A stretch of DNA of 64,000 bases from an uncultured Bordetella sp. (GTDB taxonomy: Bacteria > Pseudomonadota > Gammaproteobacteria > Burkholderiales > SG8-41). Shown here in pieces: positions 44,226-54,851 of this stretch. The DNA lies in contig CAZHJU010000001.1 of NCBI GenBank assembly GCA_964533495.1, positions 45,124 to 109,123 on the forward strand. Direction: 5' to 3'. Within the stretch, counting starts at the first letter, position 1. Every line of letters starts with the position of its first letter. The notes under the pieces were generated by a model that saw nothing but the letters and a program-made list of their open reading frames with translations, searched no databases and was not told the origin of the DNA. Made by a program: the position numbers and the translations under genes.

Positions 44226-45266
44226 TCAGGGCAGCAGCGCGACCTGCGTCAGCCCGGTTTCTTCCGGCAAACCGAACAGGATATTCATGTTCTGCACCGC
44301 CTGTCCCGCAGCCCCCTTGACCAGGTTGTCGATCACCGACAGCACGACCACGGTGTCGCCGCCCTGCGGCTGGTGCACGGCGATGCGGCAGATGTTTGCC
44401 CCGCGCACCGAGCGGGTTTCGGGATGATTGCCGGCGGGCATGACGTCGACAAAGGCCTCCCCGGCATAACGTTTCTCGTACAGCGCCTGCAGATCGACGG
44501 TTTTGGTCAGCCTGGCGTACAGGGTGGCGTGAATGCCGCGGATCATCGGCGTCAGGTGCGGCACGAACACCAGTCCGACCGGATGTCCGGCGGCCCGCGC
44601 AAGGCCCTGCGCGATTTCCGGCTGGTGGCGATGACCGCCCACGCCATAGGCCTTGAAATTGTCGGCGGCTTCCGCGTGCAGGACATGCGTCTCGGCCTTG
44701 CGTCCGGCGCCGGACACGCCGGATTTGGCATCGGCGATCAGGTGCCCGTCATCCACGCAGCCGGCTTCGATCAGCGGCAGGAACCCCAGCTGGACCGAGG
44801 TCGGATAACACCCCGGATTGGCGATCACGCGCGCCTTTTTGATCTCCGCACGGTTGACTTCGGGCAAGGCGTACACCGCCTCGGCCACCAGTTCCGGGCA
44901 GGCGTGCTTCATCTTGTAATACTGCTCCCACACGGCGATGTCGCGAATGCGGAAATCGGCGGCAAGGTCGATCACCCTCACGCCTGCATCGACCAGCGCG
45001 CGCGCTTCCTGCATGGCCACGCCGTTGGGCGTCGCAAAAAACACCACATCGCATTTCTCCAGCCCGGCCGCCGCAGGTTCGCTGAAACGCAGGCTGACCC
45101 TGCGGCGCAGGTTGGGAAACATGTCCGCCACCGGCGTGCCGGCTTCCTTGCGCGAGGTAATCGCCCGCAGCTCGCAATGCGGGTGCTGCGCCAGCAGCCG
45201 CAGCAGCTCGACACCGGTGTATCCGGTGCCTCCGACGATCCCGACCTTGATGATTTTTTCCGTCAT
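44226..45266 (-). CDS. argC: N-acetyl-gamma-glutamyl-phosphate reductase
   Basis: ORF 44226-45452. Start moved to ATG 45266 ([25 protein letters not shown]). The active-site segment PGCYPTS is present. Confidence 0.9.
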   Translation of the reverse strand: MTEKIIKVGIVGGTGYTGVELLRLLAQHPHCELRAITSRKEAGTPVADMFPNLRRRVSLRFSEPAAAGLEKCDVVFFATPNGVAMQEARALVDAGVRVIDLAADFRIRDIAVWEQYYKMKHACPELVAEAVYALPEVNRAEIKKARVIANPGCYPTSVQLGFLPLIEAGCVDDGHLIADAKSGVSGAGRKAETHVLHAEAADNFKAYGVGGHRHQPEIAQGLARAAGHPVGLVFVPHLTPMIRGIHATLYARLTKTVDLQALYEKRYAGEAFVDVMPAGNHPETRSVRGANICRIAVHQPQGGDTVVVLSVIDNLVKGAAGQAVQNMNILFGLPEETGLTQVALLP

Positions 45267-45326
45267 GTCCTGATCATTTCCTTCCCTGATCTGCCATCCG
45301 TCATCCGGGCACCTGGGCCAGAGACG

Positions 45327-45353
45327 ACAAAGCCGCCCTCGGGCGGCTTTGTA
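45327..45353 (-). terminator. rho-independent terminator after rplM-rpsI
   Basis: aaagccgccc-tc-gggcggcttt stem-loop. It lies 25-50 nt downstream of the rpsI stop, and the minus-strand RNA continues ...uuugucgu. Confidence 0.6.
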
Positions 45354-45378
45354 CGAACTTCCGTTGCGCGAATAACCG

Positions 45379-45771
45379 TTAACGCTTGGAAAACTGCTTG
45401 CGCCGCCGCGCCTTGCGCAAACCGACTTTCTTGCGCTCCACCTCGCGGGCATCCCGGGTGACCAGTCCGGCCTTGCGCAGCACGGGCTTCAGCGCCGCAT
45501 CATATTCGATCAGCGCGCGGGTGATGCCGTGACGGACCGCGCCCGCCTGGCCGGATTCGCCGCCACCGGTCACATTGACGCTGATGTCGAAGGTGTCCAG
45601 CCTCTCGATCAGCGCGAGCGGCTGGCGCACGACCATGCGGCCGGTTTCGCGAGAGAAGAATTCGTCCACCGGCTTGCCGTTGACGACGATGCTGCCCTTG
45701 CCGGGCTGCAGGTATACGCGGGCCACCGCACTTTTGCGGCGGCCGGTGCCGTAGTTCTTTTGAACTGCCAT
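45379..45771 (-). CDS. rpsI: 30S ribosomal protein S9
   Basis: 130 aa. GTGRRK..AVARV and C-terminal [16 protein letters not shown]. Confidence 0.95.
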   Translation of the reverse strand: MAVQKNYGTGRRKSAVARVYLQPGKGSIVVNGKPVDEFFSRETGRMVVRQPLALIERLDTFDISVNVTGGGESGQAGAVRHGITRALIEYDAALKPVLRKAGLVTRDAREVERKKVGLRKARRRKQFSKR

Positions 45772-45777
45772 GGTCTT

Positions 45778-46212
45778 TTAATCCTGGATTTCGAGGGTCT
45801 TGGGCTGTTGGGCGGCATGCGGATGATCGGTACCCGCGTACGCCTTCATTTTCTTCAACATCGCGTAGCCGAGGGGGCCCTTCGGCAGCATGCCCTTCAC
45901 CGCCTTTTCGAGCACACGCGCCGGAAACTTGGCATGCATCTTCTCGAAGCTGGTGGTGTAGAGGCCGCCCGGATAACCGGTGTGGCGGTTATAGAGCTTG
46001 TCCTTGGCCTTGTTGCCGGTGACGCGCAGCTTGTCGACATTGACCACCACGATGTAATCGCCGGTGTCGATGTGACGGGTGAATTCGGGCTTGTGCTTGC
46101 CGCGCAGGCGGTGGGCGATCTCGGCTGCCAGCCGGCCCAGCACCTTGCCGGAAGCATCGACGACATACCAGTCGCGGTTGACTTCGCCGGGTTTTGCGGA
46201 ATAGGTCTTCAT
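45778..46212 (-). CDS. rplM: 50S ribosomal protein L13
   Basis: 144 aa. [21 protein letters not shown]. Confidence 0.95.
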   Translation of the reverse strand: MKTYSAKPGEVNRDWYVVDASGKVLGRLAAEIAHRLRGKHKPEFTRHIDTGDYIVVVNVDKLRVTGNKAKDKLYNRHTGYPGGLYTTSFEKMHAKFPARVLEKAVKGMLPKGPLGYAMLKKMKAYAGTDHPHAAQQPKTLEIQD

Positions 46213-46253
46213 GCTTGATCCTGCACGTTCTCGGTGATTCAGGGAAACCGCGA

Positions 46254-46283
46254 ATTCTATGGGAAATCAAGCGGATGTGTCAA
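46254..46283 (-). promoter_or_regulatory. near-consensus sigma70-type promoter for rplM-rpsI
   Basis: The minus strand reads TTGACA (46283-46278), an 18-nt spacer, then TAGAAT (46259-46254). It lies about 40 nt upstream of the rplM ATG. Confidence 0.55.
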
Positions 46284-46327
46284 ACTGCCGTACTGCAGCA
46301 AAAACACTGCACCATCAGCCGCGCCCG

Positions 46328-46363
46328 AAAATAAGTTATTTAAAAACAATATCTTATCAATGA
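46328..46363 (-). repeat. AT-rich dispersed repeat, copy F (more divergent)
   Basis: The reverse complement reads cattgataagataTTGTTTTTAaataacttatttt. It abuts or overlaps the ATG (46360) of the DUF218 gene, in the divergent region shared with rplM. Confidence 0.55.
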
Positions 46364-47124
46364 CGCTGACCTGGCAAGCCACCAATATCCTGTCTTCCCT
46401 GCTGATTCCGCCGGGTCTGTTGCTGCTGTTCTTTGCAGCTGGCCTGGCGCTGATCCGGCGCCGGCCGCGTGCCGGCCGCGCGCTGCTGGTCGCCGGCGCC
46501 GGCAGCCTTTATCTGCTGTCCATGCCGCTGACCGGCACCACCCTGCTCCAATATTGGGAATCCCCGGCGGCAAGCCCCGCCGACTTGCTTCCGGCTGCCG
46601 CAATCGTGGTCCTCGGGGGCGGCCAGTACCGGCAGGCTCCGGAATACGGCGGCGACACCGTGAGCGCGATGGGGCTGGTGCGCCTGCGTTACGCGGCCGC
46701 CCTGCACCGGCGCAGCGGCCTGCCGGTACTGGTCAGCGGTGGCAACCCGGACGGCGCGGCAACCAGCGAAGCCCGGGCCATGCAAAAGACGCTGGAGTGC
46801 GAATTTGCCGTGCCCGTGCGCTGGAGCGAGAACCGGTCAGCCAACACGCTGGACAACGCCCGCAACAGCCGCGACATCCTTGCCGCGGAAAACATCCGGC
46901 GCATCGTCCTGGTGACCCATGCCTGGCACATGCCCCGTGCGCGCCTGGCTTTCGAACAATCCGGTTTCGAGGTCATTGCCGCGCCGACGGCTCACGCCAC
47001 CCGCGGCCGCGTGACCGTGCTCGATTTCCTGCCCGATGCCGGCGCCCTGCTCGACAGCGCGCTGTTTTTCCACGAAGCCATCGGCACAGTCTGGTATCGT
47101 TTGCGCCTCTTTTTCCAGGGCTGA
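46360..47124 (+). CDS. YdcF/ElyC (DUF218) family protein
   Basis: ORF 46234-47124. Start moved to ATG 46360 (MTLTWQATNILSSLLIPPGLLLLFFAAGL...). Contains IVVLGGG, SGGNP...SEA..M and LVTHAWHMPRA. Confidence 0.75.
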   Translation: MTLTWQATNILSSLLIPPGLLLLFFAAGLALIRRRPRAGRALLVAGAGSLYLLSMPLTGTTLLQYWESPAASPADLLPAAAIVVLGGGQYRQAPEYGGDTVSAMGLVRLRYAAALHRRSGLPVLVSGGNPDGAATSEARAMQKTLECEFAVPVRWSENRSANTLDNARNSRDILAAENIRRIVLVTHAWHMPRARLAFEQSGFEVIAAPTAHATRGRVTVLDFLPDAGALLDSALFFHEAIGTVWYRLRLFFQG

Positions 47125-47139
47125 CCGCGGGGAGCACCC

Positions 47140-47562
47140 ATGAAAGCGCGCATCAAGTGGATCGAAAACGTCAGTTTTGTCGCGGAGTCCGGCAGCGGGC
47201 ACGCGCTGGTCATCGACGGCGCGCCTGAGGGCGGTGGTCGCGACCTGGGCCCTCGCCCCATGGAAGTGGTGCTGATGGGCACCGGCGGCTGCACCGCCTA
47301 TGACGTGATGCACATCCTGCGCAAGTCGCGGGCGCCGGTCACCGATTGCGTGCTGGAAATCGACGCCGAGCGCGCGGACGAAGACCCCAAGGTGTTCACC
47401 AAAATCCATTTCCACTTCGTCGTCACCGGCAGGGGCCTGAAACCGGCGCAGGTCGAGCGCGCGGTGCACCTGTCGGCGGAAAAGTACTGCTCGGCCTCGA
47501 TCATGCTCGGCAAGACCGCCGCCATCACCCACGACTTCGAGATCCGCGAAACCGAAGCCTGA
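47140..47562 (+). CDS. OsmC-family peroxiredoxin-like protein
   Basis: 140 aa. GTGGCTAYDV and SAEKYCSAS, the two conserved Cys regions. Confidence 0.8.
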   Translation: MKARIKWIENVSFVAESGSGHALVIDGAPEGGGRDLGPRPMEVVLMGTGGCTAYDVMHILRKSRAPVTDCVLEIDAERADEDPKVFTKIHFHFVVTGRGLKPAQVERAVHLSAEKYCSASIMLGKTAAITHDFEIRETEA

Positions 47563-47577
47563 TCCGCGCGGCAGCGG

Positions 47578-48201
47578 CTACAGCAGGAACGCGCCGCCGG
47601 TCATCACTTTCGAGGAAACCTGCATCGCGGCCTTGACCGGCGCGGGCAGTTCGGCGCCGCCGTGGCGCAACGCGGTTGTCGCATGGCGGGCCTCGTCGTC
47701 CCGCATCTGCTCGACGATGGCGCGGCTTTTGCGATCTTCCGCCGGCAGCCGCGCCAGATGTCCCTCGAGATGTTTCACCACCTGGCGCTCGGTCTCGGCG
47801 AGAAACCCGAGATTCCAGCGGTCCCCCAGCGCGCCGGCGGCGGCGCCGATGGCGAAGGATCCCGCGTAAAATAGCGGATTGAGCAGGCTCTTGCGGCCGC
47901 CCAGTTCGGCGATGCGCTGCTCGGTCCAGGCGAGGTGCTCGGTTTCCTCCTGCGCGGCCTCTTCCAGCGCGGCGCGCGCGCCCGAGTCGCGTGCGGTCAT
48001 CGCCTGCCCCTGGTACAGCGCCTGGGCGCAGACTTCGCCGGTATGGTTGACCCGCATCAGCGCGGCAGCCAGCGCGCGCTGCGCCGGACTCATGTCGGCG
48101 TCCCGGACATCTTTCCCGGGAACGGGACGGATGCTGCGCGCGGGCGCAAAGAGGGTGCGCAAGCCCCGGTCAAAACCGATGATCAGATCGTCCAGTCCCA
48201 T
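47578..48201 (-). CDS. coq7: demethoxyubiquinone hydroxylase (Coq7 family)
   Basis: 207 aa. Di-iron motifs are [26 protein letters not shown] and DDEARHA. Confidence 0.85.
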   Translation of the reverse strand: MGLDDLIIGFDRGLRTLFAPARSIRPVPGKDVRDADMSPAQRALAAALMRVNHTGEVCAQALYQGQAMTARDSGARAALEEAAQEETEHLAWTEQRIAELGGRKSLLNPLFYAGSFAIGAAAGALGDRWNLGFLAETERQVVKHLEGHLARLPAEDRKSRAIVEQMRDDEARHATTALRHGGAELPAPVKAAMQVSSKVMTGGAFLL

Positions 48202-48206
48202 GATCT

Positions 48207-49004
48207 TCAGGCAACCCTCCCGAAGAGGCGTTCGAGTTCGACACCCGGATCAGCCGCGCGCATGAACGCCTCGCCAACCAGGAATCCGTAAACATGGCGA
48301 TCCAGCATCCTGCGCACATCCCCCGGCTTCAGGATGCCGCTTTCGGTGATCACCAGCCGGTTGTCCGGAACGCGCTGCAGCAGTTCCAGCGTCGTGTCCA
48401 GCGTCGTCTCGAAAGTGCGTAGGTTGCGGTTGTTGATGCCCAGCAGCGGCGTGCGCAGTCTGAGCGCGGCATCCAGTTCGGCGCCGTCGTGCACTTCGAC
48501 CAGCACCGCCATGCCGAGCCGATGCGCGACCTCCTCGAGCTCCGCCATCCGTGAAAACTCGAGCGCGGCAACGATCAGCAGGATGCAGTCCGCGCCGGCG
48601 GCGCGCGCTTCGTACACTTGGTACGGGTCCATCATGAAATCCTTGCGCAGCACCGGCAAATGGCAGGCGGCGCGCGCGGCTTTCAGATTGTCGAGACTGC
48701 CCTGGAAAAACTGCCTGTCCGTCAGCACCGACAGGCAGGCGGCGCCGTGACGCTCGTAGGTCGCGGCAATGGCCGCGGGATCGAATGACTCGCGCAGCAC
48801 CCCTTTGCTGGGGCTGGCCTTCTTGACCTCGGCGATCACGGCAGGCTGGCCTGCGGCCATCCTCGACCGCAACGCTCCCGCGAAATCGCGGGCAGGGGGC
48901 GCCGCCCGCGCCGCCGCCTGCACGCCCGCCAGCGGCAGCTGCGCCTGCGCTTCGGCCACTTCCTGCGCCTTGACCGCGAGTATGCGCTGCAGGATGTCAG
49001 CCAT
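48207..49004 (-). CDS. trpC: indole-3-glycerol phosphate synthase
   Basis: ORF 48207-49148. Start moved to ATG 49004 ([16 protein letters not shown]...). Contains [21 protein letters not shown] and GINNRNL. Confidence 0.9.
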   Translation of the reverse strand: MADILQRILAVKAQEVAEAQAQLPLAGVQAAARAAPPARDFAGALRSRMAAGQPAVIAEVKKASPSKGVLRESFDPAAIAATYERHGAACLSVLTDRQFFQGSLDNLKAARAACHLPVLRKDFMMDPYQVYEARAAGADCILLIVAALEFSRMAELEEVAHRLGMAVLVEVHDGAELDAALRLRTPLLGINNRNLRTFETTLDTTLELLQRVPDNRLVITESGILKPGDVRRMLDRHVYGFLVGEAFMRAADPGVELERLFGRVA

Positions 49005-50022
49005 GATTCTTCGTGAAGGCGACGAACTGGTCGAGTTTCCTGCGCGCGGCGCCGCTTTCCAGAACGGCCAGGGCGTTTCCGACGCCCGCCGCGAGGGTCG
49101 GCGCCAATCCCGCGACGTAGATGCTCGCCCCGGCATTGAGCGCGACAATGTCGCGCGCCGCGCCCGGCCTGTTTTCCAGCGCGCCGAGCAGCATGTCCCG
49201 CGACTGCTCGACGCCTTCGACGCGAATCGCCGCGTTGCTGTGGGTCTTCAGTCCGACATCCGCGGGGGCCACCATGTATTCGCGCACCTGGCCGTCCTTC
49301 AGTTCGCCCACCGCCGTGGGACCACTGATCGACAGTTCATCCAGCCCTTCGAGGCCGTGCACGATCATCACCCGGCGGCTGCCCAGCCGCTGCAGCACCC
49401 GTGCCTGGATGCCGACCAGATCGGGATGGAACACGCCCATCACCTGCTGCTTCGCCCCGGCCGGGTTGGTCAGCGGCCCGAGGATGTTGAATATGGTTTT
49501 CACGCCGAGCTCGCGGCGCACCGGCGCGGCATGCTTCATCGCGCTGTGATGGTTGGGCGCGAACATGAAGCCGATCCCGGTCTCGGCGATGGAGCGGGCC
49601 ACCGCCTCCGGCTTCAGGTTGATGTCGGCCCCGAGCAGTTCCAGCACGTCGGCGCTGCCCGACTTGCTGGAAACCGACCGCCCGCCGTGTTTGGCGATTT
49701 TTGCGCCGGCCGCCGCCGCGACGAACATCGCCGCGGTGGACACGTTGAAGGTGTGGGCGGAATCGCCGCCGGTGCCGCAGGTGTCGATCAGTTCGGGCAC
49801 GTCCGGCACCGGCACCGTGGTGGCAAACTCGCGCATCACGGTCGCGGCGGCGGCGATTTCGCCGATGGTTTCCTTTTTCACGCGCAGCCCGGCGATGATC
49901 GCGGCGATCAGCACCGGCGACACTTCGCCGCTCATGATCTGCCGCATCAGCGACAGCATCTCGTCGTGGAATATCTCGCGATGCTCGATGATACGCGCCA
50001 GCGCCTCCTGCGGTTTCATCAC
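48997..50022 (-). CDS. trpD: anthranilate phosphoribosyltransferase
   Basis: 341 aa. Contains [17 protein letters not shown] and [18 protein letters not shown]. 8-nt overlap with trpC. Confidence 0.9.
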   Translation of the reverse strand: MMKPQEALARIIEHREIFHDEMLSLMRQIMSGEVSPVLIAAIIAGLRVKKETIGEIAAAATVMREFATTVPVPDVPELIDTCGTGGDSAHTFNVSTAAMFVAAAAGAKIAKHGGRSVSSKSGSADVLELLGADINLKPEAVARSIAETGIGFMFAPNHHSAMKHAAPVRRELGVKTIFNILGPLTNPAGAKQQVMGVFHPDLVGIQARVLQRLGSRRVMIVHGLEGLDELSISGPTAVGELKDGQVREYMVAPADVGLKTHSNAAIRVEGVEQSRDMLLGALENRPGAARDIVALNAGASIYVAGLAPTLAAGVGNALAVLESGAARRKLDQFVAFTKNHG

Positions 50023-50588
50023 CGTTTCTCCTCAAGGAAATTTCTCAGCATCTGGTGGCCGTGCTCGGTCAGTATCGATTCCGGGTGGAACTGCACGCCC
50101 TCGACTGCCAGCGTCCTGTGGCGCACGCCCATGATTTCGCCGTCATCGGTCCAGGCGGTGATTTCAAGGCAGTCCGGGACAGTCTCACGCTCGATCACCA
50201 GCGAGTGGTAACGCGTCGCCGAAAACGGCTGCGGCAGTCCGCGGAACACGCCGGCACCTTCGTGCCGGATCGGCGAAGTCTTGCCGTGCATCAGTTGCTT
50301 CGCATGGACGATTTTCCCGCCGAATGCCTGCCCGATGCTCTGGTGGCCAAGACAAACGCCAAGGATCGGGATTTTCCCGGAAAACGCCTTGATCGCCGGC
50401 ACTGATACCCCTGCTTCGTTCGGCGTGCACGGCCCCGGGGAAACAACGATGCGCGCGGGCTTCATCCGCGCGATGTCGTCGAGCGTGATCTCGTCGTTGC
50501 GGTGCACGGCAACCTCTTCGCCCAGTTCTCCGAAGTACTGCACCAGGTTGTAGGTAAAAGAGTCGTAGTTGTCGATCATCAGCAGCAT
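50019..50588 (-). CDS. trpG: anthranilate synthase component II (glutamine amidotransferase)
   Basis: 189 aa. Contains [25 protein letters not shown] and GVQFHPES. Confidence 0.9.
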   Translation of the reverse strand: MLLMIDNYDSFTYNLVQYFGELGEEVAVHRNDEITLDDIARMKPARIVVSPGPCTPNEAGVSVPAIKAFSGKIPILGVCLGHQSIGQAFGGKIVHAKQLMHGKTSPIRHEGAGVFRGLPQPFSATRYHSLVIERETVPDCLEITAWTDDGEIMGVRHRTLAVEGVQFHPESILTEHGHQMLRNFLEEKR

Positions 50589-50598
50589 GGCGATCCCC

Positions 50599-52074
50599 TC
50601 AGTCCAGGCGCGTGTCGAGACCGGCTTCGGCGATCTCTGCCGCGCGCAGCAGGGCCCGCGCCTTGTTCTGCGTTTCCTGCCATTCGGCCTCGGGCTCGGA
50701 ATCCGCGACCACGCCGCCGCCGGCCTGCACGTGCAGCCGGCCGTCCTTGATCACCGCGGTGCGCAGCGCAATCGCGACATCCATGTTGCCGTGGAAACCG
50801 AGATAGCCGACCGCTCCGGCGTAAATGCTGCGCTTGACCGGCTCGAGCTCGTCGATGATCTCCATCGCCCGCACCTTGGGCGCGCCGGACACCGTGCCCG
50901 CCGGAAAAGTCGCGCGCAGCACGTCGATCGCGCCCAGCCCCGGCTTCAGTTTCGCCTCGACGCTGGACACGATGTGCATCACGTGCGAATAACGCTCGAT
51001 CACCATCTGCTCGGTGACCCTGACGCTGCCGGTCTGCGCGACGCGCCCCGCATCGTTGCGGCCGAGATCGACCAGCATGATGTGCTCGGCGCGCTCCTTC
51101 GCGTCCGCCAGCAGTTCGGCAGCCAGCGCCGCGTCCTCTTCCGGTGTCGCGCCGCGGCGGCGCGTCCCGGCGATCGGCCTCACGGTGACGACGTCGCCTT
51201 CGAGCCGCGCCAGGATTTCGGGCGATGCGCCGACCACGTGGAAATCGCCGAAATTGAAGCAGAACATGTACGGCGAGGGATTCAGCGCCCGCAAGGCGCG
51301 GTACAGCGACAGCGGCGAGGCATGGAAGGGCTTGCTCATGCGCTGCGAAGGCACCACTTGCATGATGTCGCCCTCGAAAATGTATTCCTTCGCGCGCTCC
51401 ACCGCCTTGTGATACGCCGCCTGGCCGAAGCCGGATACCGCGGGTTCGGACCGGACCTGCGGGCTTTCCAGCAGCGTTACCGGCGCCCGCAGCTTTTCGA
51501 GCAGCGCCGCCAGGCGCGCCCGGGCCGCGGCCCAGGCGCCGGGTTTGCCGGGTTCGGCATACACCACCAGCGACAGCTTCCCGGAAAGGTTGTCGACAAT
51601 GGCGATTTCCTCCGACACCAGCAGCAGGATGTCCGGAGTGCCCAGCTCGTCGCGCTTGTCGCTGTGCGCCAGCCGTTTTTCGATGTAGCGCACGGTGTCG
51701 TAGCCGAAGTAGCCCACCAGCCCGCCGCAGAACCGCGGCAACCGTGGATCGGTTGCCACCTTGAAACGCTGCAGGTATTTCTCGACGAATGCCAGCGGAT
51801 CGTCGGCCTGTTCACGCAGCGTTTCGCGGCCATCGCGGATTTCGGTGCAGCAGTGGTCACGCACTTCGATGCGGGTGCCGGCGGCCAGTCCGATGAAGGA
51901 ATAGCGCCCGAAGCGTTCGCCGCCGACCACCGACTCCAGCAGGTAGCTGTACGGCTGGTTGGCAAGCTTCAGGTAGATCGACAGCGGCGTGTCAAGGTCG
52001 GCGAAGGTTTCGAGCACCACCGGCACGCGGTTGTAGCCCGCGGCGGCGAGTCGATTGAATTCCGATTCAGTCAT
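50599..52074 (-). CDS. trpE: anthranilate synthase component I
   Basis: ORF 50599-52128. Start moved to ATG 52074 ([19 protein letters not shown]...). Contains [30 protein letters not shown] and GGGVVADS. Confidence 0.9.
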   Translation of the reverse strand: MTESEFNRLAAAGYNRVPVVLETFADLDTPLSIYLKLANQPYSYLLESVVGGERFGRYSFIGLAAGTRIEVRDHCCTEIRDGRETLREQADDPLAFVEKYLQRFKVATDPRLPRFCGGLVGYFGYDTVRYIEKRLAHSDKRDELGTPDILLLVSEEIAIVDNLSGKLSLVVYAEPGKPGAWAAARARLAALLEKLRAPVTLLESPQVRSEPAVSGFGQAAYHKAVERAKEYIFEGDIMQVVPSQRMSKPFHASPLSLYRALRALNPSPYMFCFNFGDFHVVGASPEILARLEGDVVTVRPIAGTRRRGATPEEDAALAAELLADAKERAEHIMLVDLGRNDAGRVAQTGSVRVTEQMVIERYSHVMHIVSSVEAKLKPGLGAIDVLRATFPAGTVSGAPKVRAMEIIDELEPVKRSIYAGAVGYLGFHGNMDVAIALRTAVIKDGRLHVQAGGGVVADSEPEAEWQETQNKARALLRAAEIAEAGLDTRLD

Positions 52075-52206
52075 GTCTTGCTCCACAAAAAACGACGGGT
52101 ACGAAACGAAACAACAGCAGTCCGGCAATACGCGATCAGCAACGCCAATCGCGACGCCAGCACCGGCCAGCGGCGGCCGTTTCGGACCTTGTGGAGGTGA
52201 ACACGA

Positions 52207-52893
52207 TTAATCTTTTTTAATCAAAGGGATACAGTCAACAAGCGAGCCTACTATAGCATCAACGTCCAAGCTCTGCACAGGCTGCCCTTCGTTGTAGCCA
52301 TAGGGCACGCAGAACACCGGGCAGCCCGCCGCACGCGCCGCGCGCGCGTCGTTCCCGGAATCGCCGATCATCAGCATCCGGTCCGGTGGCACGCCGAATT
52401 GCGCGCTGGCATGCAGCAGTTGCGCCGGGTCCGGCTTCTTGTGCGGCAGCGTGTCCCCGGAAATGGTCTGTGCAAAAAAATGCGCCAGCCCCATGCGCTC
52501 CAGCAGCGGCCCGGTGAAGGCGCCGGACTTGTTGGTCACGCAGGCCAGCGGGAATCCACCGGCCCGGAACTGCTCCAGCCCCTCGCGCACGCCGGGGTAG
52601 ATCGTCGTATGCCGGCCGTTGACTTCGGCATAAAAGCGCTCGAACACCGGCAGCGCCGCCGCCAGCGCCGCCGCATCGGCGCAACCTTCGATATCGCGCG
52701 CCAGTGCGCGTTCGACCAGCCGCGGAATGCCCTTGCCAACGAAGGTGCACACGGTCTCCAGCGGTAACTGCGCATGCCCCAGATGCCCGAGCATCAGGTT
52801 GGTCGCCGCGGCAAGATCGGCAATGGTGTCGAGCAGCGTGCCGTCGAGGTCGATCATCACGGCGCGCACGGGAATCGGAAACGTTTTTTTCAT
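52207..52893 (-). CDS. gph: phosphoglycolate phosphatase (HAD family)
   Basis: ORF 52207-53442. Start moved to ATG 52893 (MKKTFPIPVRAVMIDLDGTLLDT...). HAD motifs are DLDGT, TNK and GDSGND. The last codons (PLIKKD*) are unusually AT-rich. Confidence 0.85.
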   Translation of the reverse strand: MKKTFPIPVRAVMIDLDGTLLDTIADLAAATNLMLGHLGHAQLPLETVCTFVGKGIPRLVERALARDIEGCADAAALAAALPVFERFYAEVNGRHTTIYPGVREGLEQFRAGGFPLACVTNKSGAFTGPLLERMGLAHFFAQTISGDTLPHKKPDPAQLLHASAQFGVPPDRMLMIGDSGNDARAARAAGCPVFCVPYGYNEGQPVQSLDVDAIVGSLVDCIPLIKKD

Positions 52894-52931
52894 GATTCGG
52901 TTGCAGGGAGCGGCGCCGCGGCGCCGGGTGT

Positions 52932-53594
52932 TCAGGATCCGGAAAGCGCAGCGCGCATTGCCGCGATGGTGGCCTTGTAGTCCTTCTGTCCGAAGATCGC
53001 CGAACCGGCGACGAAGGTGTCGGCCCCGGCTTGCGCGATTTCCGCGATGTTGCCGGCCTTGACCCCACCGTCCACTTCCAGCCAGATGTCGCGCCCGCTG
53101 CCGGCGATGCGCTCGCGGACCGCGGCGAGTTTCTGCAGCGCCGACGGGATGAAGGCCTGCCCGCCGAAGCCGGGATTGACCGACATGATCAGCACCAGGT
53201 CGAGCTTGTCGAGGACATGATCGAGGTAATGCAGCGGCGTCGCCGGATTGAACACCAGGCCGGCCTTGCAGCCGTGCTCCCTGATCAGCCCGATGGTGCG
53301 GTCGATGTGCTCGGACGCTTCGGGATGGAATGAAATGATGTCGGCGCCGGCCTTCGCGAAATCCGGCACGATGCGATCCACCGGCTTCACCATCAGGTGC
53401 ACGTCGATGGGCACCTTGACCAGCGGCCGGATCGCCTCGCACACCAGCGGTCCGATCGTCAGGTTGGGCACATAGTGATTGTCCATGACGTCGAAATGGA
53501 TCAGGTCGGCACCGGCGGCGACCACCGACTGCACCTCCTCGCCGAGGCGGGCGAAATCCGCGGACAGGATGCTGGGCGCGATGCGGAAGGTCAT
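52932..53594 (-). CDS. rpe: ribulose-phosphate 3-epimerase
   Basis: ORF 52932-54071. Start moved to ATG 53594 ([20 protein letters not shown]...). Contains [14 protein letters not shown] and [10 protein letters not shown]. Confidence 0.9.
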   Translation of the reverse strand: MTFRIAPSILSADFARLGEEVQSVVAAGADLIHFDVMDNHYVPNLTIGPLVCEAIRPLVKVPIDVHLMVKPVDRIVPDFAKAGADIISFHPEASEHIDRTIGLIREHGCKAGLVFNPATPLHYLDHVLDKLDLVLIMSVNPGFGGQAFIPSALQKLAAVRERIAGSGRDIWLEVDGGVKAGNIAEIAQAGADTFVAGSAIFGQKDYKATIAAMRAALSGS

Positions 53595-53693
53595 GGCTCG
53601 ATCCGGGAAATGGGTCGGGCCGATTCTACCCGTTCCGGACGGCACGGACATGCGGAACTTCCTCGGCCGTGCCGCGAGTGCGAGAATAGGCGC

Positions 53694-54074
53694 ATGGCCG
53701 AAAACAGATACCACTTCACCGTCGTGCCGCGGGCAAGCTACATTCCGGAACAATCGGATGCGGAAGCCGGACGCTACGCCTTTTCCTACACCGTCACCAT
53801 CACCAATACCGGCGCGGTGCCCGCGCAGCTGCTCAGCCGGCACTGGATCATCACCGACGCCAACAACCTGGTGCAGGAAGTCAAGGGCCAGGGTGTGGTC
53901 GGCGCCCAGCCGAAACTGAAGCCGGGCGAGAGTTTCGAGTATTCCAGCGGCTCGCTGCTGGCAACGCCGGTCGGGACCATGCGCGGCAGCTACCAGATGC
54001 TGGCCGAGGACGGCACGCGCTTCGACGCGGCGATTCCCGAGTTCACGCTGTCGATGCCGCGGGTGCTGCATTAA
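53694..54074 (+). CDS. apaG: ApaG-domain protein
   Basis: ORF 53397-54074. Start moved to ATG 53694 ([22 protein letters not shown]...[13 protein letters not shown]...[13 protein letters not shown]). Confidence 0.85.
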   Translation: MAENRYHFTVVPRASYIPEQSDAEAGRYAFSYTVTITNTGAVPAQLLSRHWIITDANNLVQEVKGQGVVGAQPKLKPGESFEYSSGSLLATPVGTMRGSYQMLAEDGTRFDAAIPEFTLSMPRVLH

Positions 54075-54095
54075 GGCCTTCCGGCATCCGCGGGC

Positions 54096-54851
54096 ATGAG
54101 CCTACGCGCCAGTTACACGCTGATCGCGCCGCTGTACGACTGGCTGATCGGCCCGGCACTGGGCCCGGTCCGCAGGCGCAGCCTGGCGCGCCTGCCCGGC
54201 GATGGGCGGGCGCACATCCTGATCGACGGCGCAGGCACCGGCCTCGACCTGCCGTCACTGCCGGCGGCGCACCGCTACACCGCCCTCGACCTGACGCGCG
54301 CGATGCTGCGCAAGGGATTGCCGCGCGGCAGCCATCTGGACATCCGCTGGGTCCAGGGCGACAGCCAGCGGCTGCCCTTTGCCGACGGCGTTTTCGACCA
54401 TGTACTGCTGCACCTGATACTCGCCATCGTGCCCGACACCCGCGCCGCCCTGGAAGAAGCCGCGCGCGTGGTCAGGACGGGAGGCCGTCTGTTCGTGCTC
54501 GACAAATTCCTGCGTCCCGGCGAAACGGCATGGCTGCGGCGGATGGTCAACCCGCTGGCCCGGCACATCGCCACCCGCACCAACGTGGTGTTCGAGGAAG
54601 CGCTTGCCGGAATCCGGCAGTTGCGCGTGATCAGCGACGAACCCGCGCTCGCCGGAGGATGGTTCCGGATGATCACGCTGGAAAAAACCGGCATTCAGGG
54701 TTTCCCGGACTCGTCCGGATCGTCATCATCGTCGCGGCGCGGCCAGGTCAGCCAGACGATACCGCCCAGCAACGCAGCCGCGACCACGGCTTCGATCAGG
54801 TACCACAACAATCCGGTCATGATTCAGGCTTTCCAAGTTTCCGATGCATAG
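54096..54851 (+). CDS. class I SAM-dependent methyltransferase (UbiE/COQ5-like fold)
   Basis: 251 aa. Contains [12 protein letters not shown] and [20 protein letters not shown]. The last ~45 aa ([12 protein letters not shown]...) are low-complexity, and the true end may differ. 8-nt overlap with the mltA start. Confidence 0.7.
   Translation: MSLRASYTLIAPLYDWLIGPALGPVRRRSLARLPGDGRAHILIDGAGTGLDLPSLPAAHRYTALDLTRAMLRKGLPRGSHLDIRWVQGDSQRLPFADGVFDHVLLHLILAIVPDTRAALEEAARVVRTGGRLFVLDKFLRPGETAWLRRMVNPLARHIATRTNVVFEEALAGIRQLRVISDEPALAGGWFRMITLEKTGIQGFPDSSGSSSSSRRGQVSQTIPPSNAAATTASIRYHNNPVMIQAFQVSDA

Noticed and set aside
52206-52225. AT-rich 3' end of gph (attaatcttttttaatcaaa), and 5424-5443 upstream of the decayed REC gene, as full members of the AT-rich repeat family.
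   Set aside because: Only partial similarity, and the TTGTTTTTATT core is absent. They are mentioned as possible fragments but not annotated as repeat features.
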